Assembly: GCA_963575745.1 (NCBI GenBank)
Contig: CAUYUJ010000001.1
Coordinates: forward strand, 682,001-746,000
Origin: Prorocentrum cordatum
Lineage: Eukaryota
Direction of reading: 5' to 3'
DNA length: 64,000 nucleotides
Positions within the stretch are counted from its first letter, which is position 1. Every line of letters starts with the position of its first letter. Both the position numbers and the translations under genes were made by a program. Below the pieces are notes generated by a model. It had not been told where the DNA came from, ran no database searches, and worked only from the letters and a program-made list of their open reading frames with translations. Shown here piece by piece: positions 12,740-25,063 of this stretch.

Positions 12740-14802
12740 CTCCTGGAGGCTTCCTGGGCGTCTTCTGGGGCCTCAGGGGGCTTCCTCGGGCCACTCTGCT
12801 TCCAACAGAGGTCTCTCTGAACGACTGGGTCACGATTTGGAATGCTTCGGAGGGTGTCTTGGGACCACCTTGGGCCGTCATGGGGCTCTCTTAGGCCATC
12901 TTGGAACCCTGTTGTGCCGTCTTGGGGCTCTCTTGGACGAGCGTTCCCATGACACGCCGAAGAAGTCGCAGTAGCTCCGAACAAATCGATTGCTGGTCGC
13001 TGTCTGAATGCCTGGAGGGCTCCAGGCATTCAGGAAATCTTCGATCGTCAGACTTCGAATCTAGATCCATTGCCTGTCTCGCTTGATCGAGGAATTTAGA
13101 TCTCGAGCTTCAAGCGTGATGCCAAGATCGTCGGGTCAGCTCGATGTACTTAGTCGGAGAAAGCCGTCTGGGCGTTGTTGGGTTTTTTGGGGGCCGTCCT
13201 GGGGCCCTCTTGGGCCGTCCTGGGGCCTTCTTCGGCCGTCTTGGGGAGCTGGGGCCATCCAGAGGTTTTCTGCAAGCATCTAGGGTCCTCTCTGGGGCCT
13301 CCAATGGCCTCCTTGAGGCCCCCATGGCTTTCGTGGGTCTCTCTGAGGCGCCTTCTGGGGGCCTTGGGCTTCCTGTGGGCAATCTCGGGGCTCTCTGGGG
13401 CAGTCTTGGGGCCCTCTTGGGCCGTCTTCAAACCCTCTGGGGGGCCTTCTTTGGGCGATATCGGGGGCTCATCGGGCCGTCTTGGACGCTGCGAAGACCC
13501 ACACAGCGGATCTGCTAAACATATACATTTTCCCAAGGGGATGGGGCGATTTTCGTTTCTTCGGGGCTCTCTGAACGGCCTCTTGGGGCGTCTTCGGGGC
13601 CTCGTGGGCCGTCTTCGGACCATCGTGGCTCTTCTTGGAGCGCTCTTGTGTTGTCTTGGGTCTCTCTTGCGCCTCTCCGACATGGAAATGGTCCCAAGAG
13701 GCCTCCAAGAGGGCCCAGAGCCGCCGAAATATAGTTTTAACACGCCCGAGGTGGCCTCCAGGCGGCCCAAAACGCTTCCAACACGGCCCAAGGGGTCTCC
13801 AAGAGCACTGCCAAAAGAGCCCCCACGAGGCAGTCATCGTTAATTTTTTCGTTGGTGTTGAATGGATTTTCGCGTTTCTGCCTTTTCGGCTTCCCGACGC
13901 TCCAAGACGGTCTTGGAGGCCACAAATATCACCCCGACACGGCCTCGGAGGCCCCCAAGATGGCACCGAGACAGCCCAAGGCCCCCCAGACGGCCCCAGA
14001 GGCTTCCAAGGCAGCCCAAGAGGGCCCCCAGAACGCCTCAAGAGGGACCCGAGCGGGGGAACACGAACGGACATGCCGAGCTGCCCCCAAGAGGTCCCGA
14101 GCGGCTCCCAAGAGCCCCCCAAGAGGCGCGTAAGGCTATATCGGTGCACCGCCAGCGTGTGGCCGTCGCCACCGTGTGGCCCGCCGGAGCCCATGACATG
14201 TTGCTTGCCACCGTGTGGCCGTCGCCACCGGTTGTGTGAGCTCATGGCGACGTAGGTTATGTTGAGCCCTCAGAATGCATGCGCAGACCGCGCCTTCGCG
14301 CGATGCTTCGTCGCAGTGCCCTGCGGTCTGCCAGCAGGATGGAGAGGGTTACGATCCCAGTTGAGTCAAGCTCAAGAGGATGGGCAAGGCTTGCTCTTCA
14401 ACCGTGGTCCACTTATGCAATGCATCTGTAATCATAAATGCTAGATGCCTTCTACGCTGCAGTATGATTACTCGCTTTCAGGAGGACCCTTACCCAGCAG
14501 ACGCAATGCTTGAAGGTGTCTTAGATATTGGCGGCTCAAAGGGGTAGCCGTGGAGCTATTGTAGCCGTGGAGCGTCAGTCGCCGGATCAAAAAAAAGGGC
14601 CCTCCAAGAGGCCCTAAGAAGTCCCCAAGAGGCCCCCAGGAAGCCCCAGGTGGCCGCCAAGAGGCCCCCAAGATCTCCCCCCCAGACGTCCTGAGACACT
14701 CCTGCCAATCCTCAACGCCGACCCATCACCGAGTGCCAGTTGCACCCCATGTCCTGCTCACCCGCCCGACTATGCTTCTTTCGCGCGTCGTCGTCGTTGT
14801 CG

Positions 14803-14850
<48 letters not shown>

Positions 14851-15560
14851 GTGGTGGGGCCACCTGGAGGGCTTGATGAGCGTCTGGCGGTGATGTTTTA
14901 GCGATTCGGTGATTTCTTGGGCTGTTCTGCAAGTCTCCTGTGGCGTCTTTGGGGCCTCTTGGGCAGTGTGGCGCCTTGGAGGGGGCCTCTCAAACCGTCT
15001 TAGGGCGAGCTTTCGCCCTTCTGGGGCTGCTGTGGAGCGTCAGCAGGCGGGAAAGGTTGAATCCAACAGGAACAACGAAGAACCAACGGGAAACCAAACA
15101 TCCCCTCAGGACTGATATCTCCAGGACTGATCACTCAAGTGCCGTGTGGGATTCTTACTGTCATTTTCCAGCGACTCGGGGGCGAGTCGGGACTCTCTGG
15201 GCGTGTAGGGCCTAGCTCAATGGCTCCGGAACTTCCCCAGACGCTCGCCCAGAATACGTCGGGAGGCCCAAATTGGGCACTTCTATGTATGAAAACGCAC
15301 ATTTTGAACAACCACGCGCTTGAGGTCCCCACTGCATCTGCGACGGCGCCCGAAGCGCTCCAGAGAGGCCAAAAACAAACCACGAACCCCCCAAAGACGG
15401 CCCCGAGACGGCCCAAAGACAGCCCCAAAGCAGGTGAAAAGGGCCCCAAGAGGCCTCCAAGAGGGCCCAGAGCCGCCGAAGCATCAATCTGATCTAACAC
15501 GCCCAAGATGCTTCCCAGACTGCCAACACGCTTCCAACACGGCCCACTGGCCCCAAGAGG
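12740..15560. repeat. GC-rich dispersed repeat family in both orientations
   Basis: GGGGCCCTCTTGGGCCGTC and CCCAAGAGGCCTCCAAGA motifs; 13190-13670 closely matches 29150-29640. Confidence 0.8.
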
Positions 15561-15649
15561 CAATAATATGTTTTCTCCAGTTTTTTGGTTATGTATATAT
15601 ATATATATATATATATGTGTGTATATATATGTATATTATAATCTCTTTC

Positions 15650-15699
<50 letters not shown>

Positions 15700-15779
15700 T
15701 TCTCATACGCACCTCTCCGAGGGAGTAGAGCTCAGAGGCGATTAATGCGTACGCGCCGCGTCGTTCGCGATTTTTCTGG

Positions 15780-16310
15780 CCGTTTCGCTAGGGACATCCT
15801 CGAAATTCTGAGAATCGGTGGCACCCCTCATTCAGATCGTGACGTCAGGGTCCATAAACACATTAGAATTTCAACATTTTAACATAAAACCTTCAAAAAG
15901 ACAGTGTAATTTCAATAATTTGACGCCGATTCTCAGAGAATGGCGGTTTCGCTTGAGACATCCTCGCAAGTCTAAACCTCGGAGGTGTCCTGCCCCATGG
16001 AGGTCCGGCCACTTTCGCCATCCACGCAACTGTGGGTTCCGAGATGCCCTGAACTAAGGTGGTTCAGCCACTTCCGCCTGAGACGTCTTCGCAACTCTGG
16101 ATTCCGTGATGCCCTGTCCCGTGGTGGTCTGGCCATCCATTTTCGCCTGCGACATCCTCGCAACTTTGGGTTCCAAGATGCTCTGAACTGAGATGTTCAG
16201 GCCACTTTCGCCTGAGACATCCCCGCAACTCTGGGTCCCAATATGCTCTGAGCTGAGGTGGTCAGGCCACTTTCGCCTGATATATCCTCGCAAAGCTGAC
16301 CTCGGGGAGG
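15780..16310. repeat. TTCGCCTGAGACATCCTC-family tandem repeat
   Basis: The core recurs about every 60-70 bp and is also present at 5430-5600 and 7190-7930. Confidence 0.7.
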
Positions 16311-16565
16311 CATTGCCCTGGTCGATCGTCCTGTTCGATCCCCAATCCTTTGGGGGGGGCTCTTACTCGATCTTAGATTCTTCTGCGTTTACCTCCTGCC
16401 TCTTCCCCTTCTCTAAGGCACGCCCTGGCGCCGCCGCCCCAGCTTCCCCTTCTCCATCTCCGATCCCGCCGTCATGGTGTCTTCCTATTCCAAACGCCCT
16501 TTCAGTTTTTTGTTGTATGAGCCTGGGCACACACGTGCCACTTGTGTATATGTATATGTATATAC

Positions 16566-16603
<38 letters not shown>

Positions 16604-16914
16604 TCGCCCCCCCCCCAGCACCCCCCAAAGACCATCTTTCTCTTCCTCCTCTCTTATCCTCATCCTCCTCTTTCTCCTCCGCGTCATTCTCCTCATCGCT
16701 CTCCCCATTCTCCTCATTATCATTCTCCGCATTCTCCTCCTCATTCTCCTCATCTTCTTCATTATCTTTCTCCTCATTCTGCTCATTCTCCTCCTCATTC
16801 TCCTTCTCCTCCTAATTCTCCTCATTCTCCTCCGCATTCTCCTCCTCGTCCTCCCCCTCATTTGCTCCCCGCTCTCCGTCGCTCCTCCTCTTCCTATGAG
16901 GAGGAGGAGGAGGG

Positions 16915-18310
16915 AGATCTGGGGATCTGCTCTTTTCTGATTGAAATCTTATTAGGAATTTGATGAAATTCAATAGGAATTCTTTGGATCTGGGACCTGC
17001 TCCGTTCCTAGTGAAATCCGATTAGAATCCTATTAAATTTGGAATCCTCTGGATCTGGGATCTGCTCCGTTCTTATTGAAATCCGATTAGAGTCCGATTC
17101 AATTTGGAATCCTCTGGATCTGGGATCTGCTCCGTTATTATTTAAATCCTTTCAGGGCCCGGTTCAACTTCAATAGGACTCCTTTGGATTTGAGACGTGC
17201 TCCGTTTCTATTGAAGTTTGCTTAGAACCCCATCCAAATTCAATAGGAATCCTCTCGATCTGGGATCGCTTCCATGTCGCATTGAAACCGTATCCGATTC
17301 CTATTCACATTCAATAGGAATCCTCTGGATCTGGGATATGATGCACTTCCATTGGAATCATATGAGAACACTGTTCGAATTCCATAGGAATCCTCTTCAT
17401 ATGGGATGTGCTCCTTTCCACTTGACGTCCTTCCCTTCCTCTTCTTGTACACATGTTTTGGAGAGGGAGAGGGACAGAGAGAGAGAGGGAGCGAGAATCA
17501 AGGAGGGCTCCTCTCTCTCCTTCTCCTCCTTCTCCTCCTCCTCCTCCTCCCTTTTTAGTTATATAGAGAGAGAGAGAGTGAGAGAGAGAGAGAAGAGAGA
17601 GACAGAGAGAGATAGAGATGGACAGAGAGACGGACAGAAGGGGAGGGAGAGAGAGAGAGAGATGGAGGTGGGGGTGAGAGTTAGTTCCTCTCTCATCCTA
17701 TTCCTCTCTCTTCCTCCTCTCCGCATCTGCGTGAAAGACAGGGGAATATCGAGAGAGCGAGAGAGAGAGAGAGAGAGAGAATATTCCTCGCCTGCTGCGG
17801 CCGCTCGTACTCTTTTTCTCATGAGGCAAATGATGATGATGATGAGGAGGAGGAAGATCTGCGATCTGCTCTTCCTATGGAGATATTATCACGAGCTTGA
17901 TCAAACTCAATATGCATTCTTTGGATATGGGGCCTGCCCCGTTCCTATTGAAATCCGATTGGGATCCTATTCACATTCATTAGGAACCCTCTGGATCTGG
18001 GATCTGCTCCGCTCCTATTGGCATCCGATCAGGGCCCTATTCAAATTCAATAGGGATCCTTTGTGTTTGGGACGCGCTCCGTTTCTATTGAAGTTTGATT
18101 AGAATCCTCCAAATGCAATGGGAATCCTCTGGATCTTGGATCACTTCCATTTCCCATTGACATCGTATCCGATTTCTAGTCAAATTCAACAAGAATCCTC
18201 TGGATCTGGGATGTGCTCCGTTTCCATTGGAATCGTATGAGGATCCTATTCGAATCCAATAGGAATCCTCTTGATCTGGGATTTGCCCCTTTCCACTTGA
18301 AATCCTGCTC
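16915..18310. repeat. AGGAATCCTCTGGATCTGGGA-family tandem repeat with (GA)n/(CCT)n inserts
   Basis: ~55-60-bp units; block 17170-17460 is repeated at about 18045-18340. Confidence 0.85.
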
Positions 18311-18829
18311 GTCCTCTTCGTGTACGCATGTTTTTGGGAAAGGGGAAGAAACAGAGAGAGAGAGAGAGTCGGGGAGAGCTCCTCTCTCTCCTTCCCCTCC
18401 TCCTCCTCTACCTCCTCCTCCTCCTCCTCCTCCTCCTCCTCCTCCTCCTCCTCCTCCTCCTCCTCTTTTACTTAGAAAGACAAAGGGGAGAGGGGAGAGA
18501 GAGAGAGAGAGAGAGACAGACGACGACGACGATGACGGGAGAGTCTTTTTTCTGATGAGGGGAGTTTCGGAGCCTCTGCAACATCGTTCTCCTCCTCCTC
18601 CTCCTCCTCTTCCTCGTTTTCCTTCCCCTTTATGAGCATTTTCTTTCATTCCTCATCGTATCCCTCCTCCTCCGTTCGTGGCGGATTTGTAAACATCTCC
18701 CTTTTGCGGCGGCCTTGCCAAACGATTCCTGTTTAGGCGGTCGCGCAAACGGATTCCCTTTGTAGTGGTTCTACAAAAGGATCAACAGGATTACTTGCTT
18801 ACAAGCATTAAAGGGGATGTTTTCTTATG

Positions 18830-19570
18830 AGGACCATGTGAACACACAGATATACAAGATATGTTTGAAAGTTCTGGTAAGAAAACCTGGTGACAACACA
18901 GATATTCCAGATATGTTTGCAGGCTTTGGTAAGTAAGCCATGTGAAAACACATGTATCCGATATAGTCTTGACGGTTTTGGTAAGGAGACATTGTGACAA
19001 CACAGGTATGCCAGATATTTTGAAGGTTTTGGTAAGGAACCCATGCGAAAACACAGGTATTCCATATATTTTAAAGTTTTCTGGAGACCGACGCGCTACA
19101 AGGAGGTTGGGGGAGCAGGAGGAGGAGGGGCGCCCGTCGCCAGAAAAAACACACACAACATATATGGAATACCAGCGTTTTCACAAGGTTTCCTTACCAA
19201 AACCTTCAAACATATCTGGGATACCCGTGTTTTCACAGGGTCTCCTTACCAAAACCTTCAAACATATGTGGAATACCTGTGTTTTCACATGGTTTCCTTA
19301 CCAAAACCTTCAACCATATCTGGAATATCTGTGTTTTCAAAAGTTTTCCTGCCTGGCGCATTGTCCTTGGAGGGCGTGGGCGAGGAGGGGGAGCAAGAGA
19401 AGGAGGGGCGCCCGTCTCCAGAAACCCCAAGCATGTATGGAATACATGTGTTTCCGCATGGTTTTCTGACCCAAACCTTTAATAATACATGGAATAGCTG
19501 TGTTTTTATATGGTGTCCGTACCAAAACCTTCAGAAATATATGGAATAGTTGTGTATTCATATGGTTTCC
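18830..19570. repeat. Palindromically arranged minisatellite
   Basis: AAACACAGGTATTCCATATA-type units at 18830-19080 face their reverse complements (GGAATACCTGTGTTTTCACA) at 19160-19570. Confidence 0.75.
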
Positions 19571-20535
19571 GTCAGAGAGGAGCCTCTTGTAAGGTGTTTC
19601 AATCGGAAATCCTTTGGCAAGGCCGCTCACGGGAGGAGCAGGAGGAGGAGAGGGAGGATGAGGATGAGGAGGTGGAGGAGGAGGAGGAGGGGGAGGAGGA
19701 GGAGGTGGAGGAGCAGGAGGAGGCGACACCAGCGAACAACGAAAAAACAACAAAAAGACAAACAACACAACAAAACCTATGATTTCCGAAGAACTTATGT
19801 GGAGGGTGGCGGCCAAAGTTCTACAGAAATATTTGTTTTGTGTGTTTGTTGTTGTTTTTGTTTGGCGGTTTTTGACGGTTTTCTTTGGTTTTGGCGATTT
19901 CGAAGATCCCGATGAGGAGGAGCAGGAGGAGGACGAGGAGGAGGAGGAAGAGGAGGAGAGGGAGGGAGGGACAGGAGAAGGAAACGGAGAGCGAAGATAT
20001 CGATCGGCGGCCGCGATATGTATGATCATGTGGTTTGGGGGATGACGGGGAGGTGGGGGCGTCCATACATATTGATGGTGTGCCACTTTATCGTTGTCAC
20101 GATCGTAGCCGGCCCCATCTCAAGTTTTTGGCTCAGGGTTGAGCCAGGTGTGATCGCTCCGCCCACCCAGCTTTCACCGCACTTGCTGGGTTTGCGGGCT
20201 CCCTCCTCGGTGGCCTCTCGGGTCGCCTCGCGCCGCTGGGGGCTGGCTGATCGGGCTCCTGCCCCTTGCGGGCGCGGCGCTGCTCCTGTGGGCGGCCCGC
20301 GCGTTCTCCTGGTGGGGCAACGTCCGCCTCGCAGCCGCGGCGGAGGGCAGGGCGAGCCTTGGCGTCCCGCCCATTGGCCGAGACGCCCTCGGGGCGGCGC
20401 CGGCTGTGGCGGGCGCCCATCCTGTGCGCAGGCTGCCTGCTCTGGGCGCTGGTGGCCCCCGAGTCCAAGGAGTGGGTCAAGACATCGGACGCCCGACGAA
20501 AGTGAGGTCTGGCGGTCTCGAGAGAGCCGCGAGTG

Positions 20536-21555
20536 ATGGCGGCCCGCCCCGGGGGCTTCGCTCCGGGCACCGCCAGCCCGCAGGTGGCCATCGACTTCCC
20601 GGACAGCGACCACTTCATGGGGTACCACCGCCTGGTCCTCGGCAGGGTGGGCGACGGCACGAAGGGGGTCGCCCTGACTCCGGAGCAGCTGCAGGCCCTC
20701 AAGCAGCAGGACGAGGCGGTGGCGGTGCTCATTGGGGGTGTTGCTGCCCCTCCAGGGCCGGGTATCGCGGCCTGGGTGGGCTCGGACACGGGCGCGGACC
20801 CGTCGGGGGAGCCGATCGATGCTACCGAGTCGTGGCACCCAGCTCGCTTCGTGCAGCGTGGGACGACTGTCCTGGGGCTCATCGACGACCCCTGGGCGGC
20901 CTTGGGGCGGGTCGCGCCCACGGACCTCAAGGACTGGAAGGAGGAGAACAAGTCGGGCGTGGGTCGGGACCCGCGCGTGATGCCGTTCGTCAGGGGCGGG
21001 CAGGATCACTGGTGCATCGGGTTCCGCGACGCGATGGCGGCGCCGCAGAAGCGGGTGCCGCCGGCTGCGGGGGCCGTCGGCAATGGCTCCGCCGAGGGCG
21101 ACTCGCCTTCCAGGGGCCTGAGCACGGGGTTCGAGCTCATGACGATGATCCGCGCGACGAGCGAGACGATCGGCACCCACCACGACTACTGGGTCCGAGC
21201 CTCAGGGGTTGGCCCCGACACGGGCTTCGCCCATCGCCGCGCCTCCCTCCTCAGCATCTTCCACCACGCGCTGGGTTTCGAACAGCTCGAGATCTACCGC
21301 CTGGAGGGCATGGAGATGCTGGCGCGGAGGGTGAGGCACGCCGAGCGGGTTTCTCCGCGCTCGCCAAAGAGTCCCGACTGCCGAGGCCTCGAGATGATGA
21401 TCGCATCGACCTTCGGCTCGGGCACGGCGGCGGCCACAGGCGACTTCGCCGAGTTCATCGCGGAGGGGCAAGAGACAGAAGCCTTCGCACCCAAGCAGCG
21501 GCGGCTGTTCGCAGAAGAGATGGACAGGCGCATGAAGGACGGGTCGAAGTTGTGA
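20536..21555 (+). CDS. ORF1 (gag-like) of the YR retrotransposon
   Basis: Intact ~340-aa ORF directly upstream of pol inside the element; assignment is positional only. Confidence 0.6.
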   Translation: MAARPGGFAPGTASPQVAIDFPDSDHFMGYHRLVLGRVGDGTKGVALTPEQLQALKQQDEAVAVLIGGVAAPPGPGIAAWVGSDTGADPSGEPIDATESWHPARFVQRGTTVLGLIDDPWAALGRVAPTDLKDWKEENKSGVGRDPRVMPFVRGGQDHWCIGFRDAMAAPQKRVPPAAGAVGNGSAEGDSPSRGLSTGFELMTMIRATSETIGTHHDYWVRASGVGPDTGFAHRRASLLSIFHHALGFEQLEIYRLEGMEMLARRVRHAERVSPRSPKSPDCRGLEMMIASTFGSGTAAATGDFAEFIAEGQETEAFAPKQRRLFAEEMDRRMKDGSKL

Positions 21556-21580
21556 CACGTGGGCCTTCCCACGACCACCT

Positions 21581-24500
21581 GTGCTGCAGCCTGGCACACT
21601 GGCTCGACTGGGATGGCGGCACCTCGGCCTCGTTCTCTTTTCCCTCTGGATCTTCCAGAACATGCCAGTTCATCTAGTGCGGCGTCGTCTGGCGCCGATG
21701 GTTTTCTGCTCCCTGATCCTGGGCTTCGTCGGTTGCAGGTTTCGGCGGCATCGGCGCTCAACGCCTTGGCGGGAGCTCGGGCCAAGGGCGTGCCCTCGCC
21801 AGGGCCGCTCTCCCACGCGACTCCGCGTCGGCCGCTCTCGGAGCCGCAGCGGCAGGCGTGGATGGGGGCTCGCGACCGCCGCAGAAGCCGCCGCTCCGAA
21901 GCCTCGACAATCTGAGTTGTGCCCAGACGGGGCCCTTTCTGAGATTCTTAAGACGAAAGACTTGTACGAGAGTGACATTGCCCTGGCCGTTGCTCCTTAT
22001 CAGCCTGAGCTCCTCGCCGTCACGAAGGGCAACATCCGACCTCAGGACGCCGCGGGGCTCGTCAGCGATGCCGCTCTGGTGTGCTTGGACGACCCGCGGC
22101 GTATTGCGCTGCCAGCAGAGGCTGAGGGGCCGCCCCCTGCGCGGCCCCACTGGGACGAGCGGCTGCGGAGGTCGCCTTCCCTCTTGGACGACCTCATCTG
22201 GAAGCTCGACTCCGTCGGCCTCATCGCGCATCGCCGCCGTGCGGTGTCACGCGTGGGTATCTTCTTCGTGGCGAAGAAGACGGGTATGCTGCGGATGGTG
22301 CTGGACTGTCGGCCGACCAACCAGCTGCATCGCAAAGCCCCCTACGCGCGCCTCGCCACGACCGCGGCCATGTCGAGCCTGGTCCTCGATCCTCACTTCG
22401 TCGATGCGAACCCCGCTCATGAGGCCGAGCTTTGGGGGGCGTCGATCGACCTGCAGGACGGATTCTACCAGTTCCTGGCGCCTACGGTCTCGCACTTTTT
22501 CGGGCTTGGTGTGTCTCGCCGCGCTGGCGAGGCTGGCGTCTCTGAGGACTACGATCCTGAGGTCAACGGCTACATCCCCGTCGACTCGACAGAGGAGCTC
22601 GAGGTCTGCTTCGGCGGCCTGCCGATGGGCTGGAGCTGGGCGCTCTACTTCTGCCACAGCGCCGTGTCCGAGGCTTGTCGCCGGGCCCAGCTGCGCCTGG
22701 GGCTGGGGCCAGTCATCGTCGGGGGCCGACAGCCTCCCCCGCCTCTTCGGCCTGGAGTGGCGGTCTGCGCGCCGTATGTGGACAACGCCAACATCCTCGG
22801 GTGCGACAAGGACTCGGTCGAGCGGTTGCACGTCGCGGTGGTGGAGGAGCTGGTCAGCATGGGCCTGCAGGTCCACGAGCGGGTGGACGCCGCGCAGTCC
22901 TTCGAGGCGGTGGGCTTGGTCTTCGACGGCCAGCGGCGCTGGGTCAGGCACAGCCACCGGCGCAGCTGGCGTCTCTGGTACGCCCTGGGGGAGACCATCC
23001 ACCGAGGGGCGCTCTCGCCCAACCGCGTCCGTGGCCTCTTGGGCCATCTGGTGCATCACTTCAGCCTGCGGCGGTGTGCCCTCAGCGTCTTGGGGGCGGC
23101 CTACCGCTTCGTGGGCACTGGCGGCGCCGAGATTCTGCCCTTGCCCGCCGATGTGGTTGACGAGCTGCGAATCGCCAGGGACCTCGTCCACTTCGTGCAC
23201 CTCGACCTGGCAGCCCCGATGCTCGACCGCGCCTACTGCAGCGACGCCTCGACGGAGGGCTACGCGCTGCGCGTCTCCGCCGCGGACCAGCACCAGCTGT
23301 GGGACGTCGCCGTCTGGCGTGAGCGATGGCGGTTCATCGACGAAGACCCGACCGCCATCGCCTCCGGGGAGGAGCTGCGGGGCGGCCTGGCGGGCAGTGC
23401 TGGGCCGGCCGGCGACTTCTCGGCCTGGGTCGACGGCGAGCTCGAGCCTTCACCCGACGAGCGCGTCATCCTCAGGCAGGGCGACCCGCGGCAGCACCCC
23501 GCGGAGCGGCCGCAGGTGGAGCGGGTCGGGCTCGTGCCGCGCGTGCCCGATGCCTTTGCCGACCCCAGGCGCTGGCACCGCCGCGTCGTGGGGCGCTGGA
23601 AGCGGGCGGCCGCCATCCACTGCAAGGAGGCTCGGGCGGCGCTGCTGGGGCTCACCAGGGAGTCAGAGTGCTGCGACGCGCACGGCAAGCACCTGGTCTC
23701 CTTCGGGGACAACCTCGCAGAGACGTTGGCCTATGATCGTGGGCGGGCCCGAGATCGAGAGCTGCTCGGGCTTGCGCGCCGGGCGGCGGCGTGCCAGCTG
23801 GCCGCCGGCATGATTTGGCATCGACGATACGTGGAGACCGCCCGGAACCCTTCCGACGGCGACTCCAGGCTTGCTCACCATGGCTGGCTTCGACCTGGAC
23901 AGCGGCTTGCTGGCCGCGGGCTGCGGGCGCTGCCCTTGGCCGCTGCTGTGGGCCCGGCATGGTCGCCGGCGCCCGCTGCCCCGCCAAAGGGCGACGGGTG
24001 GAGCGCCCCTCGAGAGCCCTCGAGCGGGGATGAGTCGCCTCGGGCCTCCGCCTCGGAGTCGGAGCTCCCGACGGCGCCGCGGTCCACCCGACGCCAGCGA
24101 CGGCGGGCGGCGGCCGCCGTGGCGGCCGGTTGCAGGGCGCCGCGGGTGGCCGACGGCCTTACCAGCGGGCGCCCCGCCTTCCTGGAGATCTTCTCGGGCT
24201 GCAGCCGAGCGACGGCCGCCGTGTCAGAGGCCGGGCTTCGGGTGGCCACGCCCATCGACGTGGCCTACGGCCCGCATCATGATGTGCTGGACCGTCGCGT
24301 GGCAAGCGAGGTCCTCAGCTGGCTGTCGAAAGGCCTGGTCTGGTGCGTGCTACTGGGCACACCGTGCACGGCCTGGACCCCGGCGAGATCGACTGGAACG
24401 ACTACACCAAGTTCATGGCGCTGCGTGCTCTTCACCGTCCGTGTGCTGCAGCTCTGCCTCAAGAATGGCATCCACGTGCTTCTCGAGAACCCTGCCCGCT

Positions 24501-25063
24501 CAAGGATCTTCGAGGTCCCGCGAGTGGCGAGGCTGCTCCGTCGCCTGGCGGCGCGACGATGCCTCTTTGACATGTGCGCCTTCGGCGCACCCTGGAAAAA
24601 GCCAACCGTCATCTACCCCACCCTGCCCAACAGCCACCTCCTGGACCGCAGCTGCCCGTGCCCCTCGGCGCCGCACGTGCGCCTGCAGGGCAAGGTGCAG
24701 CTCGCGGGGGGGCCGGCCGCGTGGAGGACCGCCTTCGCGGCGGCCTACCCTCCTGAGCTGGTGCGTGCTGTGGCAGCGCTGCTGCGGGATGCCGCTCCGC
24801 GGAGCTCCCTCCGCCGGCCGTGCGAGCCGCGCGTGGACGTTGGCTGGGAGCGACGCCTGGCGGCCGCAGTCGGGCAGGATGGCCGTGCCGCCCGACCAGT
24901 GGTGCTCCCGCCAATCCCTCGGCGGTGCCCACTCGGGTGGGAGGGGGCCGTCGGCTTCTGGGGCGGGAAGCCCTGGCGTGCCGAGGCCGCCGATGCTGCT
25001 GCCCACCGCCGGGCTCGCCGCGCGGCAGCGCGAGCGGCGGCGCCTCGCCGCCCGCCGCGCTGA
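21581..25063 (+). CDS. pol: reverse transcriptase + RNase H + C-terminal C5-cytosine methyltransferase-like domain
   Basis: RT: FFVAKK..LRMVLDCR, IDLQDGFYQ, LPMGWSWA, YVDN. RH: CSDAS, HCKEA, GDN, NPSDGDSR. MTase: FLEIFSG, GTPC, LENP, MCAFGAPWKKPT, AAYPPEL. The true N-terminus may lie in the 21559-21915 frame (possible frameshift near 21870). Confidence 0.9.
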   Translation: MLQPGTLARLGWRHLGLVLFSLWIFQNMPVHLVRRRLAPMVFCSLILGFVGCRFRRHRRSTPWRELGPRACPRQGRSPTRLRVGRSRSRSGRRGWGLATAAEAAAPKPRQSELCPDGALSEILKTKDLYESDIALAVAPYQPELLAVTKGNIRPQDAAGLVSDAALVCLDDPRRIALPAEAEGPPPARPHWDERLRRSPSLLDDLIWKLDSVGLIAHRRRAVSRVGIFFVAKKTGMLRMVLDCRPTNQLHRKAPYARLATTAAMSSLVLDPHFVDANPAHEAELWGASIDLQDGFYQFLAPTVSHFFGLGVSRRAGEAGVSEDYDPEVNGYIPVDSTEELEVCFGGLPMGWSWALYFCHSAVSEACRRAQLRLGLGPVIVGGRQPPPPLRPGVAVCAPYVDNANILGCDKDSVERLHVAVVEELVSMGLQVHERVDAAQSFEAVGLVFDGQRRWVRHSHRRSWRLWYALGETIHRGALSPNRVRGLLGHLVHHFSLRRCALSVLGAAYRFVGTGGAEILPLPADVVDELRIARDLVHFVHLDLAAPMLDRAYCSDASTEGYALRVSAADQHQLWDVAVWRERWRFIDEDPTAIASGEELRGGLAGSAGPAGDFSAWVDGELEPSPDERVILRQGDPRQHPAERPQVERVGLVPRVPDAFADPRRWHRRVVGRWKRAAAIHCKEARAALLGLTRESECCDAHGKHLVSFGDNLAETLAYDRGRARDRELLGLARRAAACQLAAGMIWHRRYVETARNPSDGDSRLAHHGWLRPGQRLAGRGLRALPLAAAVGPAWSPAPAAPPKGDGWSAPREPSSGDESPRASASESELPTAPRSTRRQRRRAAAAVAAGCRAPRVADGLTSGRPAFLEIFSGCSRATAAVSEAGLRVATPIDVAYGPHHDVLDRRVASEVLSWLSKGLVWCVLLGTPCTAWTPARSTGTTTPSSWRCVLFTVRVLQLCLKNGIHVLLENPARSRIFEVPRVARLLRRLAARRCLFDMCAFGAPWKKPTVIYPTLPNSHLLDRSCPCPSAPHVRLQGKVQLAGGPAAWRTAFAAAYPPELVRAVAALLRDAAPRSSLRRPCEPRVDVGWERRLAAAVGQDGRAARPVVLPPIPRRCPLGWEGAVGFWGGKPWRAEAADAAAHRRARRAAARAAAPRRPPR

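Noticed and set aside
21858..24989. Long alternative-frame ORFs overlapping pol (651 aa, and the first half of the 764-aa ORF)
   Set aside because: Stop-poor shadows in very GC-rich DNA; only the part after about 24990 shows YR motifs.
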